A program made the translations under genes and the position numbers. A stretch of DNA of 64,000 bases from Leucoraja erinacea (taxonomy: Eukaryota), in assembly GCF_028641065.1 (NCBI RefSeq), contig NC_073386.1:55118001-55182000 (forward strand). Reading direction: 5' to 3'. The number at the start of each line of letters is the position of its first letter. Position 1 is the first letter of the stretch. Shown here in pieces: positions 26,607-38,229 of this stretch. The notes below the pieces were generated by a model. It was not told the origin of the DNA and made no database searches. It saw only the letters and a list, made by a program, of their open reading frames with translations.

Positions 26607-28489
26607 TAAGTGTTTCATTAGGGGAAGTCAAACCAGGGCAGGGCCTTCACTGTGAATGGTGGTCCCTGGGAAGTATTGTAGAGCAAAGGAATCTATGAGT
26701 GTTGGGAGATAGTTCCCTGCAAGTGTCGTCACAGGTAGATCGGGTGGTCAAGAAGGCTTTCAGTACAATGGCCTTCATCAGTCATGGTATCGAGTACAGA
26801 AGCTGGCATAGATCGGAAGAAGGACATGACTTCAGAATTAAGGGGCAGATGTTTAGGGGTAACATGAGGGGGAACTTCTTTACTCAGAGAGTGGTAGCGG
26901 TGTGGAATGAGCTTCCAGTGGAAGTGGTGGAGGCAGGTTTGTTCGTATCATTTAAAAATAAATTGGATAGGCATATGGATGAGAAGGGAATGGAGGGTTA
27001 TGGTATGAGTGCAGGCAGGTGGGACTAAAGGAAAAAAAGTTGTGTCGGCATGGACTTGTAGGGCCGAGATGGCCTGTTTCCCTGCTGTAATTGTTATATG
27101 GTTATAAGGCATAGACTATTTTCTAAATGGGGGGAGAATCCAGAAATCGAAGGTGCAAAGGGATGGAGCAGGATTCCCAAAAGGTTAATCTACAAGTTGA
27201 ATCGGTAGTAAAGTAAGCTAGCATTTATTTCAAGATAAAACAGGCTTGTATACACAAACAAGGACGTAATGCTGAGGCTCTATAAGGCACTGATAAGGTC
27301 GCATTTGGAATATTGTGAGCAATTTTGGGCCCATTTGTGAGGAAGGATGTGCTGGCTCTAGAGTAGGACCAGAACAGGTTCACAAGAATGATCCCAGGAA
27401 TTAGTAGGTTAACCTATGATGAGCATTTGACGGCACTGGGCCTGTACTCACTGGAATTTAGATGAGGGGAGGATCTCATTGAAACATACAGAATAGTGAA
27501 AGTCACGGTATTGAGTTCAGAAATTGGGATAGATCAGAGATGCTGCCTATCCCACTGAGTTACTCCAACATTTTGTGTCTATCTACGGTGTAAGCCAGCA
27601 TCTGCAGTTCTTTCCTACACATGGAAGTTGGGATGTTATGTTACAGTGGTACAAGATGTTGGTGTGGCTGCATTTGGAGTATCACGTTCAGTTTTGATCA
27701 CCCTGCTATAGGGAGGGCATTGTTAAGCTGGAAAGAGTGAGAGAAGATTCACGAGGACAATAGACAACAGGTGCAGGAGGAGGCCATTCGGCCCGTCAAG
27801 CCAGCACCGCCATTCAATGTGATCATGGCTGATCATCGACAATTTTGGACGTTGCTAGAACTTGAGGGCCTGAGCTATAGGTTGGGCAGGCTAAGTCCAT
27901 CCGTAAACCCCTTGGAGCACAGGAGGCTGAGGGGTGATCTTATAGAGGTGCATAAAATCATGAGGGGAATAGCTTAGGGTGAACTAGTTTTTTTACACAG
28001 GGTAGGGGTACCAAGAAGCAGAAGAAGACATAGGCGTAGTGGGCCGAAGGGCCTGTTTCTACACTGCATCTCTAAACTTAACTAAAACTAAACTAAACTT
28101 CCATCCCCTTCAAAATAAAAATTTTACTTTCCTTTACTTTATCTTATTCTGCTGCATCTTGTGTTCATTACATAGTTAGTCTCTGTCCCTGGATCAAAAT
28201 ATGCATTGATAGAGAGAGAAATACAGTTCTTAGCTGAAGTTGATTCATTTTCTTCAGAATTGAGGAAAGTTAGCAATTTATTGTGACAGTAAAGATTTTG
28301 CTGTTTTGACTTTCTCATTTATAAACTCAGCCATAAACTTGTCCAAAATGGAAAGTGGGCATCCTGTTTAATATACTGCTCAGGATGTGAACGTGCAAAA
28401 AATCATTATTTTAATTGGCTTTTGGACAAATTTGCAATTATTTTAATGGACATTAATCTGATTTGGTGTCAAGCTAACCAAACATTCGG

Positions 28490-28858
28490 CAAGAGGCACT
28501 GAAGCAGGCCTCTGAATGTAAAATCTGCCAACAAAGTAATCTAGGCAAACCAATTAAAATACCCTCAGGGGTGACGACAATGCCATCACGACCGTTTGAA
28601 TGCATACAGATTCATTTCATTGAAATGCCAAGGGCCCAGTTTTATAAATATTGCTTAGTGATTTTAGATTTATTTAGCAGGTGGATTGAAGCTCTACCAA
28701 CCACTAAGAATATTGTCACTATTGATAAGGAAATATGTGCACATTTTAATATCCAACAGCAATTTCACTGTGTACACCACCCACAGGCATCTGGGATGGT
28801 GGAAACAGCCAATGGGGCATTGCAAAACAAAATTACCCTGGGGGAATCCTTTTTCTGA
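28490..28858 (+). mobile_element. Endogenous retrovirus integrase fragment
   Basis: CKICQQ...PFECIQIHFIEMP...YKYCLVILDLFSRWIEALPT...HHPQASGMVETANG is a retroviral (gamma/epsilon-like) integrase with an internal deletion. Confidence 0.8.
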
Positions 28859-29261
28859 CAAACAACTATGTTATAAAAAAAATTGGGGATGAAGGAAAAT
28901 TCGGTGGAGAAATGAGGATAGGGTAGGGAGACTGAAATGTCATGGGGAGTCGGTCTTACAAGGGGGCCGATAGAGCTCAGTTGTCTCCCCTCCAATCCCG
29001 GCAACCTCTGCAACCTCTTGGACAGTCAGCTGTTGATGGGGTCCCAGCGAGGCCTGCATGACTATGCCAATGGAAAAGTTACTTTTATAACAATCAAACA
29101 GGTTCGCTTCTTAATAAACAGACAACTCACAAACGTTTGGTAGACCAGTTCAAAGCTTTACTTATTATAGGCTGATGGAAGGGAGGGAGAACTCTAGTCA
29201 AGTGAGCAGTACAGACACTTCACTGTCCTCATCCACTTCTCTGAACAACAGAATTACATGG

Positions 29262-32200
29262 TGAAGTGGGCGCATGTGCGGAGCTCTTCTAGAGTGTGCG
29301 CATGCGCAGGACATTTCTAGAGTGTGCGCATGCGCAGGACATTTCTAGAGTGTGCGCATGCGCAGGACATTTCCGGAGTGTGCGCATGTGCAAAGTATTT
29401 CGGGCGGGAAAAGCCTGCGGAATCAGCCATGTTTGCCGGACGTTTCTTAGTTTGTGTATTGCAGAAATAAGTTGCTTAAAGCTTAAATAAAGTTGTTAAT
29501 TACGAGTAGTGAAAGTTTCATTTATCTCACAACAATTTAAGCAACTTATCTCAGAAGTCAAACAGTCCGACTTGGGATGGAGAAGTTACTGAAACCACAA
29601 CGCTTGGATCTGGATCCCAACTCACCTACTGCTGCAAAGAATTGGAAGCACTGGCTTTGTATACTAAATAACTTCTTTGATGAGTGTGGCAATGATGCAC
29701 CAGACATACTCAAGACATTAATAAGCTTTGTCTCTTCTGATGTATATGATTACATAGAGGAATGTACAATTTATGATTCTGCTATTGATGTACTAAGCAA
29801 ACTCTTCGTTAAGACACCCAATGTGATATTCGCTCGACACCTCCTTGCTACTCGGAAACAAAAACCTGGTGAGTCACTTGATGAATTTTTACAAGAACTT
29901 CAAAGACTTAGTAAAGACTGTGCCTTCAAAGCAGTTAAGTCTGATCAATATCGACAGGAGACATTTATCAATGGTTTGGCATCGCCTTTAATACGACAGA
30001 GACTATTAGAACACAAAACCTTGGATTTACAGTCAGCTTACAATCAAGCTTACTCTTTAGACTTGACTCAGAAAAATTCAGATGCTTATGGCTCATCTAA
30101 TGTGTATTCTGCTGCAACTACTACAAAAGAATTTCACCCACGTACTAATATGGAGCAAACGGAAACAATTTCTACTGATAAAGGTGCCCTTGCTGCAGCA
30201 TATAATTATTCAAAAAGGAACTGTTACTTTTGCGGGGGTAATATTCATAAGAGAGAGACATGTCCTGCTCGAGAGGCAACTTGTAATAGTTGTGGCAAGA
30301 AGGGACATTATTCTAGAGTATGCAAGTCCAAAGCAACAACTAAAAGTGTGACTGCTGCCATATACACACCTTCTTTATGTGCAATTACAGCTGCATTTCC
30401 TCAGAGCTTGTCTCATGCAGCTACAACGGTATCCACCAATGGCCATACACTTAGTGTACTACTTGATTCTGGCGGTTCAGAAAGTTTTATAAGTGAACAA
30501 GTTGTGTCCCGACTAAATCTAACTATAATTCCTTCAAATAGAGAAATCTTGATGGCTCTGACACCTCTCAATACTCAAATTATAGGATCTTGTATTGTAG
30601 ACTTTATTCTGAACAAAACTCGCTATAAATCTGTATGTCTTGGTATTTTGAAAAATTTGTGTAGCGATATAATTCTAGGTCAGGATTTCCAGAAACTGCA
30701 CAGATCACTTCAAATAATGTATGAAGGAACTATGCCTGATCTTGTATTGTCAAAGCCACCAGTATTGTGTGGTCTTTCTGCTGCATCTGTTGAATGTCCT
30801 TCATTATTCACTAATTTATCCTCCAAGTGCAAGCCAATTGCTATAAAATCAACAATAGAGTGTGCGCATGCGCAGGACATTTCCGGAGTGCGCGCATACA
30901 AAATTAACTTCATCAGCACAGAAGTAACTAATCTTTTACAAGAAGGGATTATAGAACCCAGTTTTTCCCCTTGGAGGGCACAAATTGGGCACAAGTTGTC
31001 GTGGTTAAGGACCCCTTGGAGAGACATAGAAAGAGACTATGCATTGATTACTCTCAAACTATAAACCAGTTCACGGAGCTTGATGCATATCCATTACCTC
31101 GAATAGAAGAGATTATCAATACATTAGCTAAGTATAAGATATTCTCTACTTTTGAGTTAAAAAGTGCTTACTATCAAATTCCTCGGAAGGAATCAGAGAA
31201 GAAATACACTGCGTTTGAAGCAAATGGGAAATTATATCACTACTGCAGAGTTCCTTTTGGGGTAACTAATGGTGTGGCTGTTTTTTCAGAGAGAGATGGA
31301 CAAACTTGTTGAACAGGAAAACCTTAAAGATACTTTCCCTTATCTCGATAATATAACTATTGCAGGGAAAGACCAAGCTGAGCATGACGAAAATGTACAA
31401 TGGTTTTTAAATGTTGTACATTCTAAAAATCTAACATTAAATGAGGCAAAGTCAATAACGTCAGTATCATCGATTAATATTCTTGGTTATTGGGTTGGAA
31501 ATTATATAATCAACCCTGATCCAGAAAGACTCCACCCACTCCAAGAGATACCTGTTCCAGCAACATTAAACTCTCTACGAAGGGTTCTTTGTATGTTTAC
31601 ATATTATGCCAAATGGATACCAAATTTTTCTGACAAAATTCAACCTTTGATTAGAGCAAAATCTTTCCCCCTTGACTCTACAGCAATTGGTGCCTTTACT
31701 TCTTTAAAGAAACAATTGGAATCTGCGACATTACACGCCATCGATGAGGATCTCCCCTTTGTTGTTGAATGTGATGCCCCTGATTTAGCAGTATCAGCTA
31801 CATTAAATCAAGGAGGGCGACCAGTGGCTTTCATGTCTCGTACTCTCCAAGGTAGTGAATTGCACTACCCACCCGTCGAAAAGGAAGCTACAGCAATTAT
31901 TGAAGCAGATAGAAAATTGAGTCATTTCCTTGCTCGCCAGCACTTCACTTTGATAACAGTTCAGTGTTCAGTGGCTTTTATGCTGGATAATCGGAAACGA
32001 ACAAAGATTAAAAATAGTAAAATTCATGAATGGAGGATTGAATTATCCGCATATAGTTATTCAATTGAGTACTGCCCTGGTAAGGATAATGTTGCTCCGG
32101 ACACATTAACCCGAGCATTTTGTGCCTCTGTTCATTCTTCTGCACTCACTGATCTTCACAATGGGCTGTGTCATCCTGGAGTCACTCGTTTGTTACACTA

Positions 32201-33521
32201 TGTTCCTTTGCAAAAACTTACCTTTCTCTACAGAAGATGTGAAGATGACGTGTGCTTCATGTAGAATCTGTGCTGAATTAAAACCAAGGTTCTTCCGTCC
32301 TGAAGAAGGAAGATTGATCAAAGCTACTCAACCTATGGAACGATTGAGTATTGACTTCAAAGGGCCTGTACCATCCTCCTCTCAAAATGTTTATATACTT
32401 ACCTTAGTTGACGAATATTCGAGGTTTCCATTTGCCTTTCCTTGTCCAAATATTTCAGCTGCTACTGTTATCAAATGTTTAGATCAACTGTTTTCATTCT
32501 GTGGATTTCCAAGTTACATACATTCTGATAGGGGCACTTCATTCATGTCAAACGATTTAAAGGACTACCTTTCTAAGAGAGGAATTGCAACAAGTAAAAC
32601 AACACCATATCATCCTATTGGAAATGGTCAGGTTGAGAGGTATAACGGAATCATTTGGAAAGCAGTGAAACTGGCTTTAAAATCGAATGATATACCAGAT
32701 CAGCAGTGGGAATGTGTTCTACCAGATGCATTACACTCCATCAGATCTCCACTGTCAACTGCTACCAATACTACTCCACACGAGCAGTTCTTTAACTTCA
32801 AACGGCGTTCTTCTAGTGGTACTTCTCTGCCATCATGGTTGAATAGCCATGGGCCTGTGTTGCTTCATCGTTATGTCCGATTAAATAAGAATGAACCTAT
32901 TGTTGATGAAGTTGAACTGACTGATGTCAACCCTTCTTATGCAACTATCAAGTATCGGGATGGACGTCAGTCAACTGTCTCACTTCGTGACCTTGCACCA
33001 TGTCCATCTTCTCCATCAGCTCCGTCACTTCTTGATAACACTAATCGGGAACTTCCTGCAATACTTCCCGCATCCTCTATGGAAACTTCTACAAGAAATT
33101 CTAAAATTGAAAATCTAAATAACAATATGAGTGAAGTTGATGACCAAGCAATATATCTAGCCCCAGCTATTGAAACACCGGTATCTCCTGAGGCTCCAGT
33201 GCTGCGACGGTCATCAAGACGTATTAAACCTCCTGACCGTCTCAACTTATAAATAGGAGGGGAGAATGAAGTGAGCGCATGTGCGCATGTGCGGAGCTCT
33301 TCTAGAGTGTGCGCATGCGCAGGACATTTCTAGAGTGTGCGCATGCGCAGGACATTTCCGGAGAGTGCGCATGTGCGAAGTATTTCGGGCGGGAAAAGCC
33401 TGCGGAATCAGCCATGTTTGCCAGACGTTTCTGAGTTTGTGTATTGCAGAAATAAGTTGCTTAAAGCTTAAATAAAGTTAAGTTAATTACGAGTAGTGAA
33501 AGTTTCATTTATCTCACAACA
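29262..33521 (+). mobile_element. Full-length Gypsy (Ty3/Metaviridae) LTR retrotransposon
   Basis: TG...CA LTRs at 29262-29534 (273 bp) and 33267-33521 (255 bp); 5-bp TSD CATGG; PPT AGGAGGGGAGAA 33255-33266; order gag-PR-RT-RH-IN. Confidence 0.97.
29577..33252 (+). pseudogene. Gypsy gag-pol, broken by about 3 frameshifts
   Basis: Two CCHC-type knuckles, protease LLDSGG, RT (LDAYPLP, PFGVTNG, YLDN), RNase H (ECDA, EKEA), integrase (SIDFKGP, HSDRG, GQVERYN); frame switches near 30980, 31285 and 32200. Confidence 0.92.
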
Positions 33522-33809
33522 CATGGTATTATATAGTGTTTTTTTGTCACCTTAGCACATTCCACAAACATTAGTCATGGTCAGAGGTACAGAGAATAAA
33601 GATTACTACAGGATGCACCCGAGTGGTCTCGTCACATCAAAGGCATCTTGTCATATGGTACAAGGACTTTACATATCAAAGGTATCGGACATTTGGTGCA
33701 AGGCATCTTACATATCAAAGAGATCTGCCATTTGTTATTGCCCCTTAATGAGATCAATCTAGCTTCTTCTCTGCTTCCTCTCTCGTCACTTGGGAGACAA
33801 ATGTTATAG

Positions 33810-34420
33810 TATTCATTATCTCAAAACACAGCAACCCGAGGCGAACCTAAACTTGACTTTCCTACAAAATGTTATTCAAAGCACAACCTTTTTTACATAT
33901 TCCGGTAGAGATTTACCCCCTGGTGTCAAAAATCAGCTTAGCTGAAAATGGTGTGCTTTATTTCTTGAGTAATTAATAAAAATGTTCACAAATCCGATCC
34001 AATTTTCAATTCAAAACGCCCATTTGTTTTTAGTTTTTTTCGCTGATGACTTGACAATGGATCTTCCTGCCATCTGTTCGCGCTACGATTGGCGTCACCT
34101 CCCACCCCTCCCTCCTCCCCCCGTTGTTCAAACATCGCCCTGTTGACTGAAGATGTTCGCACGCTCGCGACTCAGCTCGGGCCCTGTACCCGGGAGCTTT
34201 GGTCAACGTCCGCTACCGCCCTCCCGCGAGCTGCCGCCCTCACCCCCATGAGCTGCCGCCCTCCCCCCCGCATGCTGCACCCCAACGCGAGCTGACGCCC
34301 ACCCCCCCCGCAATATTTGAACATTACAAAATCCAGCTGCCGTGAGGAGACGACCCCCCCGCGAGCTGCCGTGCAGTCACCCCCCCCCGCGAGCTCTTGA
34401 CTACAGGCCACCCGAAAATT
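33810..34420 (+). mobile_element. Helitron-family internal fragment
   Basis: Collinear similarity to 59700-59960 (gtagagatttacccc, gagtaattaat, ttcgctgatga, gtcacctccc). Confidence 0.55.
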
Positions 34421-34554
34421 AAACCGCGAGCTATGACAATTGGGGCTGTCATAGATTGTCGTAGCTTGTCGCCAGGTTAACGTAACTTGTCACTGGTGCT
34501 GACTTTGGTGAATTCCATTGTCCTAGTCGCTGGCAATCACCTAAAAATCACCTA

Positions 34555-35298
34555 AGTGTGACAGGCCCAGTGTACCAGGCCCCAGGCCCAGTGTGACTGG
34601 CCCAGTGTGACAGGCTCAGTGTGACAGGCCCAGTGGGTAGGCCCAGTGTGACAGGCCCCAGAGTGACAGGCCCAGTGGGTAGGCCCAGTGTGACAGGCCC
34701 AGTGTGACAGGCCCAGTGTGACAGGCCCAGTGTGACAGGCCCAGTATGACAGGCCCAGTGGGACAGGCCCAGTGGGACAGGCTCAGTGTGACAGGCCCAG
34801 TGTGACAGGCCCAGTGTGACAGGCCCAGTGCAGTTTGACAGGCCCTCAGTGTGACAGGCCCAGTGTGACAGGCTCAGTGTGACAGGCCCAGTGACAGGAC
34901 AGGCCCAGTGTGACAGGCCCAGTGTGACAGGCCCAGTGTGACAGGCCCAGTGTGACAGGCCCAGTGTGACAGGCCCAGTGTGACAGGCCCAGTGTGACAG
35001 GCCCAGTGTGACAGGCCCAGTGTGGCAGGCCCAGGGGGACAGGCCCAGTGTGACAGGCCCAGTGGGACAGGCCCAGTGGGACAGGCCCAGGGGGACAGGC
35101 CCAGTGGGACAGGCCCAGTGTGACAGGCCCAGTGGGACAGGCCCAGTATGACAGGCCCAGTGGGCCGGCCCAGTGTGACAGGCCCAGTGTGACAGGCCCA
35201 GTGTGACAGGCCCAGTGTGACAGGCCCAGTGTGACAGGCCCAGTGTGACAGGCCCAGTGTGACAGGCCCAGTGTGACAGGCCCAGTGTGACAGGCCCT
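34555..35298. repeat. 14-bp minisatellite (AGTGTGACAGGCCC)n, about 53 units
   Basis: Direct inspection. Confidence 0.97.
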
Positions 35299-38229
35299 TT
35301 ACTGAAATACAGATGATTGTTCACTATGAAAGGTTTGGCAGTAACTCTGCATTCTGCTGCTTCATAGAGCAAAATTATTTCTGAAAAAACAGGATGTCTC
35401 CTTTGCTGTTACAGCTGATATGTTCCACTTAGTATTCAACCCCCTGTTGCCATAATTGTTATTTTGTCATTTGGTTTCAAAGAATCAGCGCTCTAAATCA
35501 CTTTTTGCAAATGGTTCTTCGAAAAAGAAAAACTTAAGGACACCGACTGGTTTGAGGCATACTTATGTGAAATGTCACGTATCATTGAAGCTGAATGCTC
35601 TGCACACCTTGCACATGATGTACAACCGAACCCCCAGCATGTGAAGAGGTCTAGAGCTTGCAAAAGCAGCCACACAGGTTTTGGAGTGACTTGGCAAAGA
35701 AATCCAAGCTGCACGCAACTATGGGAACTTTTGTGCCGTGTAAGATGGCATAGAGCAATACCATGTCCAAAATTGCTTCTCTGAAATCTGCAGACCTCAC
35801 CATCATCACTGACAAACGAAGCGGGTGGATCACTGTGTCGAACATCATTCTCAGCCACATTCATGCTAGGCTGACATCTCCACCGCAGCTCTTGATGCTC
35901 TCCCTCAGGTGCCAGCGATGAGTGAGTTTAGATTGAGAAATAGAGAGGGAAACAGGCCTCTTCGGCCCATTGTCTAATGAAGAGCCTGAACTCTGAATAT
36001 GCAGACACATACTGCAGCTCACCTACAAATATTGGGGTGACATTGGTTCTTGAGTGGAAGTTGTGAAGGTTGATAGTTTTTCATCAGCCCTGTGGATTAG
36101 TAACATTCCAGTGGAATGCTTATTATTTGCCCCTCTGATTCCATGCCCTCCCATCTGCTTTGGAGACTTGGACTAGCCACAGCCGCCATCTAAAACCACT
36201 GGTGAGGGACCACTAAAAATGACTCCACAAAAATCTTCCAATGAACAGTTTTGGGCTTCATATCTGAGGAAGGATGTGCTGACTTTGGAGAGGGTCCGGA
36301 GGAGAACAATCCCATGGATATTCGGGTTAACAGAGAAGGTGCGTTTGAAGACTCTGGGCCTATACATGCTGAAGTTTAGATGGATAAGGAGGGATCTCAT
36401 GGAAACCCACTGGATCGTGAAAGGCCTAGATTGAGTGGATGTGGAGAGGATGTTTCCAGTAATGGGAGAATCTAGAAGCAGTTGGGGAACAGCCTCAGAA
36501 TAAAAGGATGGACCTTCTAAATGGAGTTGAGGAGGAATTTCTTTAGCCAAAGGGTGGTGAATCTGTGGAATTAATTGCCATAGATGGTTGTGGAGGACAA
36601 GTCATTGGGTATTTTTAAGGCAGAGATTGATAGGTTCTTGATTAGGGAAGGCATCAAAGGTTATGGAGAGAAGGGAAGAGAAAGGGGTTGAGAGGAAAAA
36701 AAATAGATCAGCCATGATTAAATGGCAGAGGAGACTCAATGGGCTGAATGGCCTAATTTTGTCTCTATGGTTTTATGGTTTTCATCTATCGGAAGGTAAA
36801 GCCAATTATTGTCTACTCTCAGTATTTTTGGTATTGTGGTCCAAGGTACACCTAGTCTGCTCCATCAGATAGACCACATTGTACAGAAGCCTGACAATAC
36901 ACTCTCAAACCAGATTAAAAATTCTAAGCTCCGTCATAGTAAGAGACACTGAGTTACACAAAGGTTCAGGGATGGTTTTCAAACTTGCTTGAAAGGATGC
37001 CACATTTCCACTGATTCCTGGTCCATTAGTACTCAAGGTGGAAGGGATTCCAGATGATCATATAATCCTTGAGTCCATGTGTTGGGAGCCTCTATGAGCC
37101 CAACATAAATGATGGACAGAGCACATCACCTCTGACACTACACACTCGCTGGTCCCATTAATCCAGAAATGCTGCCTGACCCGCTGAGTTACTCCAACAT
37201 TCGGTGATTTCTTCGGTATAAACCAGCATCTGCAGTTCCTTCCTACATACTCACTGTGGTGGATGTTAATTTGTGTTTATTGTGTGTTTTGTTGTTTATT
37301 ATTATATGTATGTCTGCAGGCAACGATATTTCGTTCAGACCAAAAGGTCTGAATGACAAATAAAGGATCTAATCTAATCTAATCTAAAAATCTAAACCTG
37401 GTGCGTAGGGAGTGGATGAGAAAGTGGGATAACATAGAACTAATGTGAACGGGTGATCATTGGGCGGCATGGACTCGAAGGGCCAAAGGGCTTGTTTCAT
37501 CTTAAGAGAGTGATATTCTGTGAGTGGATTAGCTGTCTGATCTGTTCCAACCGGTTCTGGCTGTTGAATAAAACAAAAAAACAGCCTTTTGTCGAATTAG
37601 AGGAACTGAAATGAATCTTCTGGGATTAGTAGAAATCTTGTAAATTACCCATAGATCGCAGAATTCCCCTTTGTATCTGCTTCAGATTTTACAGTAAATG
37701 GCACTCTGGTGCTTTAGAACTCTGGTCTTTAAGGCAGTAACAGTTAGTTTCTATACTAACTTTTCATTCTTCTGAACATAAAATATACAACACTACTCTG
37801 CAACACTGATCTGAATGTGGGCTGAATTTATCATGCTGTAGGAAGCAACCTAGACTTTAATAGAGTCGGGCCAAGTCCATGGACACTTTCACCAGGTCTT
37901 TCCTGCTTATTTGCTTGTGTTGAACAAAGGCCAATAACATTTTATAATGCTGGATTTATCAGCAGTAATCAGTTTGATAGTACAAGAGCTGCTGCATTAA
38001 TCTGTGCACTGTCCATGAAGGTCCAAAGCGTTTGCATTTTTCAGCTTAAATTGGGGCAATCTGGTGCAAACTGTGACAAGTCTTTTATCTTAAACTTGAA
38101 TGCAATATTTATGCTTTAAATTGGATTAGCTATAAATAAGATTAGGCTAAATTACATTCCTAATTACATTCCACAGTAGAGCCAGGCTCTGATCAACAGG
38201 TGCAGCACATGAATGATCTTAGTGTATTC

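Larger units (their letters stand above)
23540..27502 (+). repeat. Dispersed duplication, paralogous to ~55365-59408
   Basis: Collinear non-repeat and repeat sequence (e.g. gaagcttatctatgcaaagcaaac) with copy-specific insertions. Confidence 0.9.
29053..33810 (-). mobile_element. ERV LTR + PBS remnant, split by the Gypsy insertion
   Basis: On the minus strand the LTR ends ...CA at 29071, followed by TGGCATAGTCATGCAGG (degenerate tRNA-Ser PBS); TATA-like ctatataata just beyond the Gypsy TSD (~33527-33537); far boundary approximate. Confidence 0.55.

Noticed and set aside
34548-35372. 274-aa repetitive ORF and possible RSS-heptamer or CRISPR-like array
   Set aside because: Plain 14-bp tandem repeat: no unique spacers, no CACAGTG with nonamer
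35493-35864. Overlapping ORFs, one with faint GPCR TM7/helix-8 resemblance (FDTVIHPL...DFREAI)
   Set aside because: No NPxxY motif or upstream TM segments; consistent with chance
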